A DNA stretch of 64,000 bases from the human T2T-CHM13v2.0 reference genome, Homo sapiens, in assembly GCF_009914755.1 (NCBI RefSeq), contig NC_060926.1, one strand, 5' to 3'. The translations under genes and the position numbers were made by a program. This document shows, one piece after another, positions 40,331-56,708 of the stretch; within the stretch, counting starts at the first letter, position 1, and every line of letters begins with the position of its first letter. The notes below the pieces were generated by a model, which did not search any database, had not been told where the DNA came from, and saw nothing but the letters and a program-made list of their open reading frames with translations.

Positions 40331-41861
40331 CATATGTTGATATAGTTGTATGTGTATGTACATATGCGCACTGAGCAGTGTTCCCCCCCAGAAGAATCCG
40401 CATAATGGGCAGGCAGAGGAGGGTCTGGAAAGGGATATGACCTGGAGTGAGAGATCACAGAACACACACACTAGTCCTTAAAGAGGTATTCCTACGAACT
40501 TTCAGAAAGAATTGAGTAGATTCATTTTATAAAGTAAGGATTCTGAATGAGCAAGCAAGGACAAAGAACAACAATAACACAAAAAGTACTTGTGTATACT
40601 AATGTGACTTCATTTACATCCACAAGCCCGAGACACCCTGAGGTATTTGGGTTACAGAAAAGTAAGAGTATTGACAACTGGAGAGGTAATACCACATCTT
40701 CCGTATTACATAGCAACAGAACAAAATCTTGACACCAGGTTTCCACACTCAACATTCAGTGATCCTTACCATACTCCAATTCAACTTTTTCGTAGGCTCA
40801 TGGTTTCCTACCTGGATAATTCTTCATTTTCTTCAACAATGTAAATTCTATCCAACTTCAAAGTTCTGTCAAAGCTCACACTCCAACACATTGGACATCT
40901 ATCTGATGATACGATTTGCCTATAGCTGTCTCAAATCTACGCATATATTTTGGTAGTAAATTTTGCCTTTGTCAACACTTCTAAAGCATGTAAAAAATCA
41001 GAACAATATCACTCATACACAAGAAACATTAAATAAGCGTGCATTGATCACCTTGCATATGTCAGAAACAACTCCAGTACATTACTTACATAGAGAAAGA
41101 AGGAAAAACATGAATTGATTGCCTGACATATAAATTCTAGTACATTACTTGCACATTGAAAGAAATAAACAAGCATTCGTTGAGCACCTAGTATATGCTA
41201 GTGAGTAGCCTTAAAACATAAATCACACATAAGTGGAAAAAATTAGCATGAATTGAGCACCTAGCGTATATTAGGTATTGTTCTAACACAGCATTACTCA
41301 CAGATGGAGCAGGCATTGAGCTCCCATATTTGGCAGGCCCAATTTTTATGACACTACTCCTAAAGAAATGGGCATACATTGACTATATATTATACACCAG
41401 GTGCTACTCTAGATAACATTACTCATACACAGGGGAAGGAAGAAAAGTTCCCTTTATCATCTACTACAAGCTAGGAAATCTTCTAGTACATTATTAAAAC
41501 ATACAGAGGTAAGGTAGTAAACATACCCTGAGTGTCTACTATATGCCAGAGACTATAGTAGTACAAGATTACTCACTAATAGGGAAAGGAAGGGACCCTC
41601 ATGAAGTAATTAGTATTGCCAGGCAATATTCTAGTATAATATTTCTCACATAGAGAAGAAAAGTAGTAAGCAAGCATGCACTGAGCACCAATATATGCTA
41701 GATACGATACTAGTACACAACTACTCATGCATGGGATAAGGAAATGAGTATGCACGAAGCATCTAATATTATGCCAATCACTATTCCAGAAAAAACCTAA
41801 CCACGCATAGAGTAGCAAACAAATATTCTTTAAGTGCCTATTATATTTTTCCCCTTTTTAA

Positions 41862-42187
<326 letters not shown>

Positions 42188-42244
42188 TAAATACAACATT
42201 ATTCACACATAGGGAAGAAATTTTACAAGGATGGCTTGAACACA

Positions 42245-42982
42245 CACGCATGTTCCTTCTCCTATGTAAGAAAAAGTTTGTACTATTACAGTGAAAAATA
42301 CAAGAGCTCAATGCGTATCTGTATTCTTCAATTGACATGTTAGTATTGTTTTACAGAAACTGTAGCTGACATATACTTAATGTATATTCAGTCCCAGTCC
42401 TGATGTGAGAGTAAGATTAATGGAGAATGGTACTTAGCACATACTAGATGCTCATTGCATGCATGTTTTCTTCTCCCCACGTGTGAATATTATACACACA
42501 TTATACAAAAATAATACCTTGCATATTCTAGGAACTTAAGATATGCGCATTTGTTTTTCTTTTCATGGAAGTAACATTATACTAGAATAGTGTTTGGCAT
42601 ATCCTGGACATTCAAAGCCCTTTGTTTTCTTTCTTAATATGTGAGTAATATTGTACTACAACACTGCCTCACACTCAATTCATTATCATTTATTTGCACT
42701 ATGTGTGAGGAAGTTTTTATGAGAACAGTGACTGGAGTTATACAAGTCTATCAATGCATGGCTATGTGATTCCTACTACATAAGAGTAAGGTTGTAATAG
42801 CTTTTACCATGCACTAGGCACTTCACTCACGCTTCACTCTTTCTCTCTCTTATGTTAATAAGGTTGTAATAGAATAATATGGACATACGTTAAGAAATTA
42901 ATGCATGCCTGATTCCCTTCTCTTATGTGTATGTACCAAAATGGTTCCTGAAACATATTCATTGCTTTGTGCATACTTGTTT
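42245..42982 (-). repeat. Inverted block of ~10 array units
   Basis: Reverse-complement motifs: 'actagaatagtgtttggcatat', 'atactagatgctcattgcatgcatgttttcttctcccc', 'tatgtgagtaatattgtacta'. Confidence 0.85.
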
Positions 42983-45155
42983 ACACCTAGTATTGCCAAG
43001 CATTATTCCAATACATTACCACAAAGTATAAAAACAAGCAAGTGTGCATGAATGTTCTTTGTAGGCCAGGCAGTATTCTAGTACCACTTTAATCTTATGT
43101 AGACTAAAGAACACAAGCATACATTGAGAACCTAGGAGAGGTCAAGCATTATTCTAGCACATTATTACATATAGATAATGAGACATATTACATAGGAATG
43201 CCCAGTATATGTCTGAAACAACATTATTTGTACAGAGAAAAGAAAACAAGAATTCATTATGCACCTTGTATAAGCTAGGTAATATTTTAATACAAGCATA
43301 CTCACATATAGGAGACAGATATGAGCAGGCATGCATGGGACAACTAGGGTATGCCAGGCACTATTTTAGTACATTACTCCAAGAAAGCAAATACTTTGTA
43401 TGACAGGCAATCTTTGAGCACAACATCACACACACCTAAATGGGAGGAAGCAAGCACGCACTAAGTATATGTCAGGTCCTCTACTAAGACTAATACAAAA
43501 TTGCTCTCACATAAGGGGAAGCAAATGAGCATGCATGGCGCATCTACCATATGCAAGGCAATTTTATAGTACACCCACAATCACATTTAAAGGAAAGAAA
43601 CAAGCCTACTTGCAGCACATATTATATGCCAAGACCTGTTTTACTACAACATTACTCACAAATACAGAGAAAGAAACAAGCAGGTATTGACCCTCTGTGA
43701 TGTGCCAGGCACTATTGTAGTTACAACTTTGCTAAAACATAAGGGAAGGAAACCAGGATGCATGCAGCACTGGCATATGGCAAGCACTACTCTAATGCAT
43801 TACTTACACATAGGGAGAAGAAAATGAACGCTCTTTGAGTTCCTAACATATGTCTGGCACAATTCCTATTCTAACATCACTCACACATAGGGGAAAAGAA
43901 ATACACATACACTGAAGTTTTATATATTTCAGGTATTATTTGAACACAACATTAAAAACATGTAGCAGAGAAAAGCAAGGATGAGTTGAGTACCTAACAT
44001 ACATCAGGCATGATTCCAGCACATTATTCATATACGAGTGCAAAGAAACAACATGGATATGCCAGATACTATGCTAGTACAAACATACTAACATATAAGG
44101 GGAAAGAAAAGATTACGACTAATCACCTAATATATGTCAGGTGTTATTTTAGAATAATGTTATCCATACATAGGGGAAAGAAGCAAGCAAGCATGCATTT
44201 ATTGCCTAGTGCACGCCAGGTAACACTCTAGTACAGAATGACTCACTCTTAGAAGAAATGAGGGTGCATCCAGCACTTACATATGTCAGGCATTTGTTTA
44301 CTATCAAATACGTACATGTAGAGGAAGAAAATGAGCATGCATTTAGAGCTGAATTTATGCCAACTATTATTCCAGTATAACTTCACAAATCCATATCAGG
44401 AAGGAAGTAAGCATACATTGTGTGCTTCATTTAAGTCAGGTTCTGTTTTAGCACAATCTTGGTCACGCATGGGGGAAGGAAGCAAGCATGCATTGAGTGA
44501 CTATAATACCAGATATTGTTCAAGTAGAGATTTTCTCACTTATAGGAGGAGAAAATGAAGATGCATTGAGCAAATAATAAATGGCAGGCACTAACATTTC
44601 TGACATACAATAAAAGAAATGAGTATGCATTTAAAGCTTAGTATATGCCAAGTCTAGAGACAAAGAAGGTCATCCAATAATGATAAAAGAGTCAACAGGA
44701 AAATGTAACAATTATAAAAATATACATATCCTACATTACAGCATCTAAAGATTTAAAGCAAATATTCGCAGATATCAGAGGAGACATTAACAGCAATTCG
44801 ATAATCGTAAGAGACTAAAATAATCCACTCTCAGTAATGGATACAGCATTAGACTGAAAACCAACTAAAAAAAACAGACACATCTGAATTGAACAACACT
44901 ATAGACTAAAAGGACCTAACAGACCTATACAGAACTTTCCACCCAACAGCAGAAAAATACACATTGTTCTCAAGTGCACAGAGAACATTCTCCAGGATAC
45001 ATTACATAATATGTCACAAAACAAGTCTTAATAAATTTAAGAAGGTTAAAATCATTCCAAGTATCTTTTACAACCACAGTGAAATGAAACTAGAATCAAT
45101 AATAATAAGAAAATGGGAAAATTCACAAATACATGAACTTGAATAACATACTCTT

Positions 45156-46360
<1,205 letters not shown>

Positions 46361-47077
46361 TTATGGGATGCAGCAAAAGCAGTACTAAGAGGGAAGGTTA
46401 TAGTGATAAATGCCTACATTCAAAAAGCAGAGAGATCTCAAATAAATAAACTTTACAGCTCAAGAAACTAGAAAAAGAGAAACAAGCTAAGCCCAAAGTT
46501 AGCAGAAGAAAGAAAATAATAAAGATTATAGCAGAAATAAATAAAGTATAAAAAGAAATAGAGAAAAGACAACACAATGTAGTCGTTTTTTGGAAAAGAT
46601 AAAGAAAATTGACAAACTCTTACCTAGACTGAGAAAAAGGAGAGGACTTAATAAAATCACAAATGAAAGAGATTTACATTACAACAGATGCCTCACATGT
46701 GAAAAGGACCATTATAAAAGGCTATTATGAACAGTTATAAGGGACTATTATGAATAGTTATACATGAATGAAGTGGATAATCTGAAGAAATTGATATGTT
46801 CCTAAAACATTCAACCTATCAAAACTGAATCAAGAATAAATAGAAAGCCTTAAGAGACCAGTAACAAATAAAGAGATTGAAGTAGTAACTGAAAACTATA
46901 ATGGCCGTAATGGTCTTCTATATGGCTGAGTGCCACCAAACATTCAAAGAATACCAATCCTTTTAAACTCTTCCAGGAAAGAGAAAAAGAAGAAATACTT
47001 TCAAACACATTTTATGAGGCCAGCATCACTCTGATACCAACACCAGAAAAGGACACCATAAGAAAGGAAAAAAACCA

Positions 47078-47389
47078 GGCCAGATGTGGTGGCTCACCCC
47101 TGTAATCCCAGCACTTTGGGAAGCTGAGGCAGGAAGATCACTTGAGCCCAGGGGTTCAAGACCAGCCTGGACAGTATAACGAGACCCTGCCTTTACAAAA
47201 AATAAAAATTAAAAAATCAGCTGGGCTATGGTGGCATGTGGCTGTAATTCCAGTTACTCAGGAACCCGAGGTGGGAAGATCGCTTGATTCCAGGAGGTTG
47301 AGGCTGCAGTGAGCTATGATTGGCCACTGCACTCCAGGCTGGGTGGCAAAAAGAGACCCTGTTTCTAAAGAAAACAAAAGAAAACAAAA
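47078..47389 (+). mobile_element. AluJ
   Basis: 'gaagatcacttgagcccagg...gaggctgcagtgagctatgat' are AluJ diagnostics. Confidence 0.9.
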
Positions 47390-49799
47390 CCGAGACCAAT
47401 ACCCCTGATACACACAGATGCAAAAGTCCTCAGTAAAACACTAGGGTGACCAAGTGGAACTTACTGCAACCATAGTTCAACATATACAATATACAATCTA
47501 ATCTCTAAACAATGCACTAAGGGCTTTTGGTATACAAGGCCTTATTTTAGCACAAATTTACCAAAGATGGGGGAAGGAAACATGAAGCACCTAATGTATG
47601 CTAGAAAGTATTCTAGCAAAACATAACTCCAGGGGGAAAAACTAGCATGCATTGAATGCCTATTATATGTCAAATTCTATTTTAGTAAAACATTATTCAT
47701 ACAGAAGAGTAGGAAAACAAGATTGCATTAAGTATCTTGAATATGCCAGGCACTAGACTTGAACAATTACTCATATACAGGTGGAAGAAATGAGCATGCT
47801 TTGATCATCTAGTACAGGGCCCCCCAACTATAGGTATCTAGTTTAACTTTATCCACACATAGTGGAAAGGAACAGGACCGCAATTACTACTTCCTATATG
47901 CCAAGTATTAGTCTAGTTAATATTTGCTATTATCTAGGAAAAGGGAGTGAATATGTATTAAGTGCGGGGTATATTCCAGGTACTTTTCTAGTACATCACT
48001 CATAAGTCAGTAGAATAATAAAAGTATGTGTTAAGTGTCTCATGTTTGTCAGGCAATCTTCTAGTACAATGTACTCACTCATAGGAGAAGAAAACAGGCA
48101 TGCATGGAGCATCTGGTGTTGTCAAGCACTGTTTTAATGCAATATTAGAAAAACAGAAACAATCACTTATTAAATGTCAGCCAGTTTTCTGGTACAACTT
48201 TACTCCTACTTAGACTGAAAAATTAATGCATGCATTTCATGCCTAGGTTAAGCCAGGTGCTATTCTAGTAGGACTTTGCTCACATAAGAAGAGAAGATTA
48301 TGCATTGTACACTTAGAACATGACAGGTGCAACATTACACATTAGGAAGAGGAAGCAAGCATTCATTAATTAATGAACATTGCATATACAAAATAATAAT
48401 TTTGTACAACCTTACTCACCTGTGTGAGAATAGAAGGGGCACATATGGAGTACAAAATATATGCATGGAAATTTTCTTGAGCATTTTAATTCATATCTAA
48501 ATGAAGAAAATGAGCATGCTTGCAGCACGTAATATCATTATACACTACTCACATATCATGTAAAGGAAGAAATTGGACTTAAATAACAAATGTATTGCAG
48601 GGTCTATTTTAGTACAACTTTATTCTCACATTAGGAAAGGAATTGAGCATGCATTAAGTGTTTAACGTATTTCAGGTTTTACTCTATCATAACTTACTCA
48701 CATCTAGGGGAAAGAAGCAAATATACATTGGAAACTTGTATGTAAGATACAATTCTAGAATAACATAAACTACAAGCCTGCATGGAGCAGTGATATGCCA
48801 GGCAATATTCTAGTACATCATTACTGATACATATGTGAAAGGACGGAAGTATGTATTGAACATTCAGTGTATACTAGGTTCTATTCCAGTACAGACTTAT
48901 TGACATACAAGAGAAGAAAAACAGTATTTATGAAGCACCTCGTATATCCCAGGCACTGGTTTACTACAACTTTCCTCACACATGAGGTAAGGAAACAGGG
49001 ATGCATTAAACTTCAAGTACACACCAGGCACTAATCTGCATAACATTAGGGAGCAGGAAGCATGCATACATAGGGAGGAGGAAGCATGCATGCATTAGCC
49101 CCTAATATACAACTGATACTATTCAATTACAACACATCCACACACAAGGGAAGGAAATGAGCCCGAATAGACTACCTAGTATAGGCCAAAGTACAAGCTA
49201 AAATAATCACATATGGGGGACTTAAGTAAGCATGCACTGACAGCCTAGTATGTGTGAGATACTATTCTAGTTCAACCTTACCCACACATAGTGAAAGACA
49301 CAAGACCTTTTTGAGCACCTAATACATAGTAGGCACTATCCTAATACAAGCTTACTCTCATAAAGGTGGGAAATAATCCACTGAACCTCTGTATGTCTGG
49401 TATTATTCTACCATAATATTATTGACAGCAATTGAGCACACAGGGACTATGTAGTCTATCCTAGGTATTATTTTCAGGGACAAGAAATGAGCATGTGCTG
49501 AGAAACTAATGTATGTCAGGTCCTATTCTAGAACATTACTGATCCATAGGTAAAGAAAAGAAGATTGAGTTGAGCAATGAGTATAGGCTGGGCTTTATCT
49601 AATATAGCATTACTCACACTCAGGGATATAAACAAGGATACCTTGAGTGCCTAGTACATTCAGACGCTCTTCTAACATATGATTACTTGCATAAAAGTTA
49701 AAAATAAGCATGTATGTAGTATCTACTATATGCCAGGCACTTCGACCTATTATTCACACATAGGATAAAGAAAGGAGAAATGCGTTGATGAGGGATACT

Positions 49800-50640
<841 letters not shown>

Positions 50641-52614
50641 ATAATTTTAATACACTCTCCTCACCCATTTATTCTTTTCCCATAGTTTTGTTCTTTCATT
50701 TGTACACAATTATACACTTTATAAATTTTTTAGAAATATCTCCTCTTATAGTTAAAATTTTAGCTCCCCATTTAAGTTGACTCACGCTATATATGTATTC
50801 CAAATACCCACATAATCGTCATTGAACTTAAATTCTGTCTGCAATTCTTCTAAAGAACAGTGAAAGTTATTAACTTGGTATTTTTAAAAAATAAAACATG
50901 TTTAATTTTTCTTTTTTCATGTCACAACCTTGTACCTACTCTTTTATGTCTAATAACCCTTTAGGATATATCAATCGCCTCTGATATTTAAATGACATTT
51001 GTATTAGAAATTCTGATAGTCAGTTGTGATTTAACCATACTTATAAATTAATGTGGATCCTGAATGTTTGCAAATTACGCCTTTTCTGCTTCTCTTTCCC
51101 TTCACTCTCTCTGCTCTTGTTTAAAACAAGAATTAAAGTCACTCCTATTAATTGATTTCTGTATTTTGGAAATATTTTTGGGAGATAATTAGTATAACAA
51201 TATAATTAATCTACTATAATATAATAGACAGTATGATTTGTTGACTTCTCTTCTCTTCATCTTAAATAGTATTACTGAATGTCTTGGCCTTCTCATTTCC
51301 TTACCTTGTCTCTGACATGTCTCTTTCCTGTGAAGCAATCCTGCCATGGAATCTTTGTTTAGCAGAAGCTAGATTCTCTCACCATTTTTCTTCAGACAAT
51401 TTGTTTCTGTTTTATTTTCTGTTCATTTTTATGGCCTTCTGAATTCATCTTTTTTATCTTCCCCATCTATTTCTGAAAGCCCAGTTGAGTGTATTCCTAA
51501 TTTTTTTTATCATCCCAAGGTACCTAATAGCATTTGTTTCAACAGATCATCAGGTTGCCCTTCTAGTTAAGTACGTTCTCCTTTAATTCTGCCATAAACC
51601 AGGCAGAATTTAAATGAATCTGATTCAGTTTGAATAGAATCAGTCCTAGTTATGACAGGTTTTACTCAGTTAGAAGCAGTGTTATCTACATAGAAATCTA
51701 AAACTAGTCAAAAAGTTTTAAGTTCATCCTGAAGTTTCAGAAACACTCTGAACCAAAGAAAATTGATTTATATGGTTGATTTGGTTCAAGTAGTTTTGAT
51801 ACATTTAAGTAGGCCTGGATGAACCTAAATTAATTTAAACTGATGAGAAAACATGTGGGTAAACCAGGGCTGGTTTTAATTAGTCAGAAACTATGCAAAC
51901 ATAATGAACCATTTTTTATAAAGCCCGTAGGTGCATTTGCTTAAGGCTCGCCCAGATGTGACCAGCCTAAAGGACTGAAACGGATTTAACTTCTTAGAAA
52001 GTTAAATGTCAGTCTGTTGAGTTGTTTTTGGTTTTGAAAAATTAACCAGAACTGATTACAGCCTGACAGATGAGGTCTTTATTTATTTATTTATTTAGCA
52101 AATCATTACAAAGATCTCTTAAGCTTCTTGATCCTCTATGTTAGGTACATTTCTCAAAATCAATTCCTTGATTGATCTTGAGGTCTCAATCTCAGAAATC
52201 TAAATTACAGAAAATATTCTTTGTTTCACCCCAAAAGAATTCATTTGTCCTGACCTCAAAGTCACAATTTCTAAACTTGACCTCATTGCCTTCAAAATAA
52301 CACCTTTTAAGGGGAAAATGTTGAGGCAGGTAGAGGATGATTACTGAAAAAATGTTTGGAAGAATGAGCCAGAATAATCACTTGGCATATATCAGGATTT
52401 CATTCTAGCCCATCAAGAACTCCACCAAGTGTCCACAATGCTGCCCTGGTTTCCAAAAAAAATAATAATTTCCTGAAAACACACGTCAAAATTATTCTAA
52501 CATTGTTTTCATGTATGTCCCCCAAAAGGGACGTCTGTCATGCCAATGTTCTAGGATGCAATTCTGTAGTTCCATTGCCATAGAAATCACTCTTTCCCCC
52601 GATAAATTTATTAA

Positions 52615-52760
52615 TTTTTAATCATTTTATTGAGGTATGTTTGACATACAAAGCTATAGATACTTAACATATACAACTTGATTTGTTTGGATATAAGCAT
52701 ACAACTATGAAACCTTCATCACAATCAATGCCATAAATGTATTCATCTCCTCCAAAGGAT
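52615..52760 (-). mobile_element. L1MA/MB 3' fragment
   Basis: 'ttttattgaggtatgtttgacatacaaa...catcacaatcaatgccataaa...ctccaaa'. Confidence 0.7.
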
Positions 52761-53101
52761 TCACTTTTCCATGCAGAACCATATGCCTTGTTTATGGCTC
52801 TGGACAACCTGGTGCTCTTCTCCAAGCTCATCTTTCTGCCAGGGAATACCAGTATTCATTTAGCTATTCTAACCAGATATGTTACCGAGTAAAACACCCC
52901 ATCTCTACTTTTAAAATAGTTTAATTTGAAACTCTAAAGTAATGCCATTCTTTTGAGGATGACTTTGGGCAATGTTCTCCTACCTCTGTAGGGAAGCATG
53001 GTTTTTCCTCCTCTATCATTAAAGGTACTGAATAAAGGTGTTAATGTTCAACTTGCATGGGTCTCTGGGTGTTGCTAAACTCCTTCGCTGATTAGGTTTT
53101 C

Positions 53102-53102
<1 letters not shown>

Positions 53103-53142
<40 letters not shown>
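53103..53142. repeat. (TG)20 microsatellite
   Basis: Directly visible. Confidence 0.95.
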
Positions 53143-53145
<3 letters not shown>

Positions 53146-54747
53146 AAGGTCAAATTTCATGGTTCTTAATCAATACTTTTAGATTGTGCTTGTTCTCTGG
53201 ATCTTTTCATTGCATCTTTTCTTTTCCACCTCTTTCACTTCTCACAGAAGGCAACTAAGGGGTCAGCTTGCTTTTGTCATCCTTTTCTCAATTGTTTCTG
53301 ATTCTTCACTATCTCCCTGTCTCTGTTCTTCATCTTTTGCCTAAGGCTTTTCTCCCATTCATAACATACATCTATGATGCACCTTACCCTAGCTATGGCA
53401 GAGGGAAGTTAAATGCAGGGGTGGGCTTCTTCGGTGGTCTGTGTCTCCAACTATGGAATTTCACTTTAACTGGTTCTTCTCTCCTTCAAGTTCTGCATTA
53501 CTCTAGGCCACACCAGATGCTCATCAGCTTTTGACTCACTGGGCTACTCAGGAGCATCACTGGAAATCCCTCTTCCTTTTCTTCATTTGAGGGGATCAAC
53601 TCTCTATATTTAGCATCTGCTATAAACTATTCCTTTCTTGCCCCTCTTAGATGGAGACATGATGCCTGTTTGACTAAGACAATGGAAGGGAATATAACAG
53701 ATGTTGCACAGATAGAAGTAAAGAGTTCCAAAGTTTGAGATCCTGGACTTTTTAGTCAACAAGGTACAGCAATCATCCATTCACTCAGTCAACTAACATA
53801 TATTGACCATTGGCCACACATCAGATACACTGCTGGGATGGAAGAAGTGTAATATGAGGCCCAATATTTTCAAATATGTGGGGTATGGGAGCACATGTCA
53901 CAGGGGCTTGTTAAGGCATTCAGAAGAAAACTTGATGAAATAAGAGGATTACTTACAGAGAGGGTGGAAGTAATGACATCAGTAATGAGAAAGGACCTCA
54001 CAATAAACTAGGACAGTCTTCAAGGCACATGTGAGCTAGGCATCTGTGGGTGACTGTGCTGCTCTAAAATGCCACTTGTTGCAGAGGGAATATAATACAA
54101 CCTAGTGAAACCAATATTTTATGAAGATATTTACTTATCATGAGTGCAGGGCTAAATGCCACTGGTTTGGGGAGGTGCCCAAGATGAAAACTTTGGCTGA
54201 AACAAAAATGAGTTCAATAATTTATTCAGAGTTGTGTGATAAAAGAATTCACTATTTGTAGTACACAAACAAGTTGTCTTGCTAAATGTCATATAACATC
54301 AGAGTTATAACTCAAGGGCCTGCTTTGTATTTTTGATATAACATAAAGAGATGATAGTTATGCTTTAATCTACAGGGTGTGTTTTTAATTGCCACTTTGA
54401 ATATATTTTTCTAAGCCAGAAGATGAACAAGTGTCTTGCTCCGGATATAAAGTCCCCCTGAAAAAATGAGTAGCTGAAATAGTTCCTTGAAGAAGAAGAA
54501 AAAAGTATTCTTCTAACCAAAGGAACTCCTGGGAGAGGAGCAATTGGAACTAGAAAATATGAAGTCCTAATAAGTCAAAACCATTGGATCATGACCCATC
54601 TCATCAGTCTAGCAGGTGGTGGTGAGAATTACAGAAATCTATTAATAGGAAATAATAGAGGAGACAGAAACCACAGATATTTAACCTGAGGATAAAAGAG
54701 TCACCCCTTACAGGTGCCTGAATTCCCAATGACCCAATACCAGAAAA

Positions 54748-55035
54748 GTATTTTCCAAACTGATATTCAATGAAACACTATTTCATATGACATAAGAGTT
54801 ATAATTTTGCAAATGTTTGAGAGTCAAATAAATCTCAAAATTCCAAGTTAAACGAAATTAAGCAAGTACATTTTTTTCCTCTAAGGAAAGCATCTCAGAG
54901 CCTTTAATATGCTAATACACAATGTATTTCTCCAAGAATAAGAAAAAAAGTATTTCCCAAAAGTAATGATGAAAGGACATCTTTTAGCATGTCCCAGGAT
55001 TTATGTTTTGTGGACTAATGTTTGGGAGATGCTAA
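54748..55035. mobile_element. Ancient hAT-Charlie-class MITE remnant
   Basis: Ends resemble inverted 'tttccaaa...tttggga' termini; internal 'tctcagagcctttaatatgctaat'. A related remnant lies at ~14030-14195. Confidence 0.45.
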
Positions 55036-55817
55036 TTTATATCATGGTTGATATTTGAACTCCAAAACTGTAAAACAGGTAAAGGCAATAGCAAGAAGAT
55101 TTGGCCCACAAGATTCCTTACAGTTCAGGAGATATCAGCAATATAACTTTGTAAAGTGATCTATTCACAGCAATGTTTCAGGGGATGTAGAGGGAACAAG
55201 TTAGACAGAACCTGAACCCTTGGAAGCAATGCCCAGGTTCTATCCATGGTTCTAGTCAAATGGGATTTATGTTTGAATTTCTAATCTATGAAGAAGACTA
55301 TGAGCTAGACAGGGAATCCAAGAAAGATGAGTAGTGTGAAATGGGCCATGATGTCAGAGGTAGAGAAACCAATGCAACTCCAAATCTATAGTGTCCTTCC
55401 CAGCCTACATCTCTGGAAAACCAAATAGCAAGTTCATCAATATTCTTTAATTACATCGTCTTTAAATAAATGGTGGAAGACAAGTAAACAGCATATACCG
55501 TGACCTATTGGTAACGCAGAACATGGAAGAAATCTTTCTGTATATGTTATATCCAGCAGTAGATAAAGCTGTGGAAGGCTGGAAAGGCCACCAGAAGAAA
55601 AAGTGGGAAAGAGCTGACAAGTTCCTGATATGGCCTGAGTTGATTTGGTTACATTATTTTCAAGGCTCACACTTGGAATTAGAAAACTCATGTGATCCTC
55701 TCTGTTTGTTCACATATTTATTGGAAAGGTACTTGGAGTCACCATGATGTACAGAAAGATTTCCCCCATTTTTCTAAGTTAAAAAAAGGGCAGATGCAAG
55801 CCATTTACTTGTCTTCC

Positions 55818-55925
55818 ACCGTCTAGTTGTAGATGTAGTTAAGGAAGTATTAACCCATTTATTCCAGAGGTACCATCTAGTTGTAGATGTAGTTAAGGAA
55901 GTATTAACCCATTTATTCCAGAGAT
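55818..55925. repeat. 54-bp tandem duplication (2 copies, 2 mismatches) overlapping the MER85 end
   Basis: acc(g/a)tctagttgtagatgtagttaaggaagtattaacccatttattccagag at 55818 and 55872. Confidence 0.95.
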
Positions 55926-56037
55926 TGAAAATTTTTGTATGTGAAAAATCAGACCTTGGCGATGACCTTGAACAGTAGGATATACATAAGTCCCACAAGC
56001 TTAGCGTTCCAATAATGGAACACTAGGCATAGATGGG
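55908..56037 (-). mobile_element. MER85 (non-autonomous piggyBac, PGBD3-derived)
   Basis: TTAA at 55904-55907 and 56038-56041; CCCATTTAT...ATAGATGGG termini; 'cagaccttggcgatgaccttga'; palindrome GTTCCAATAATGGAAC at 56006-56021. Confidence 0.9.
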
Positions 56038-56455
56038 TTAATAGATTTGCTGTGTGCTGGTCCAGTGATGTAGGCTGAGCAGAACACTATAGATGGGTAG
56101 TTTCATCACCTTCTCTACCCTCTACATGATGGATTTTCAAGCACTATTTAAGTCACACACTGAATCTGAGCATTGGAGATGCAAGATACTGTCCTTTTCT
56201 TCTAGATATTTAGAGTTTAATTAATTGCAAAGAGCACTGTTTTGAAAACACAGAGCTATGTAGCTGGAAATAAGAATCAACAGTTTCATTGCTTATGAGC
56301 GTTACATACTTCTGCAGTTGATTAATAGTTGTCTTGTAGACTGCTTTCACAGACACATAGCTTTGGCAGTTGCCTACTTTAACGCTTAGATATTTACAGT
56401 GCTTTCTAGAATTCATTATTAAATCAATTGACTGAGAAATAAATTAACCAATTAC

Positions 56456-56708
56456 TAATAATAGGTAACATTTACAAAGCATTAACAATGTGTCAGATAA
56501 TGTGCTAAGTGCTTTTATTACCTTATATCATTTTATTTTAAAAGCAACATTGTAACTCAGGTACTATTATTTTCATTTTAAGTATGGGGAAAACAAACTA
56601 TGAGAGATATAAGTAACTTGCCCAAAGTCACATAGCTAGGAAGTTAAAAATCCAGAGTTTGAACCTAGGCATTATGAATCCAAATCCCAAGCTAAATTTC
56701 ACTGCTAA
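56456..56708 (-). mobile_element. MIR SINE
   Basis: 'aagtaacttgcccaaagtcacatagctaggaagt...tttgaacctaggc'. Confidence 0.8.

Noticed and set aside
55508-55747. 79-aa protein-like ORF
   Set aside because: Non-ATG start, no recognisable homology and no convincing splice context.
55774-55998. ORF with repeated peptide LWNKWVNTSLTTSTTR
   Set aside because: It is a by-product of the 54-bp duplication and MER85.
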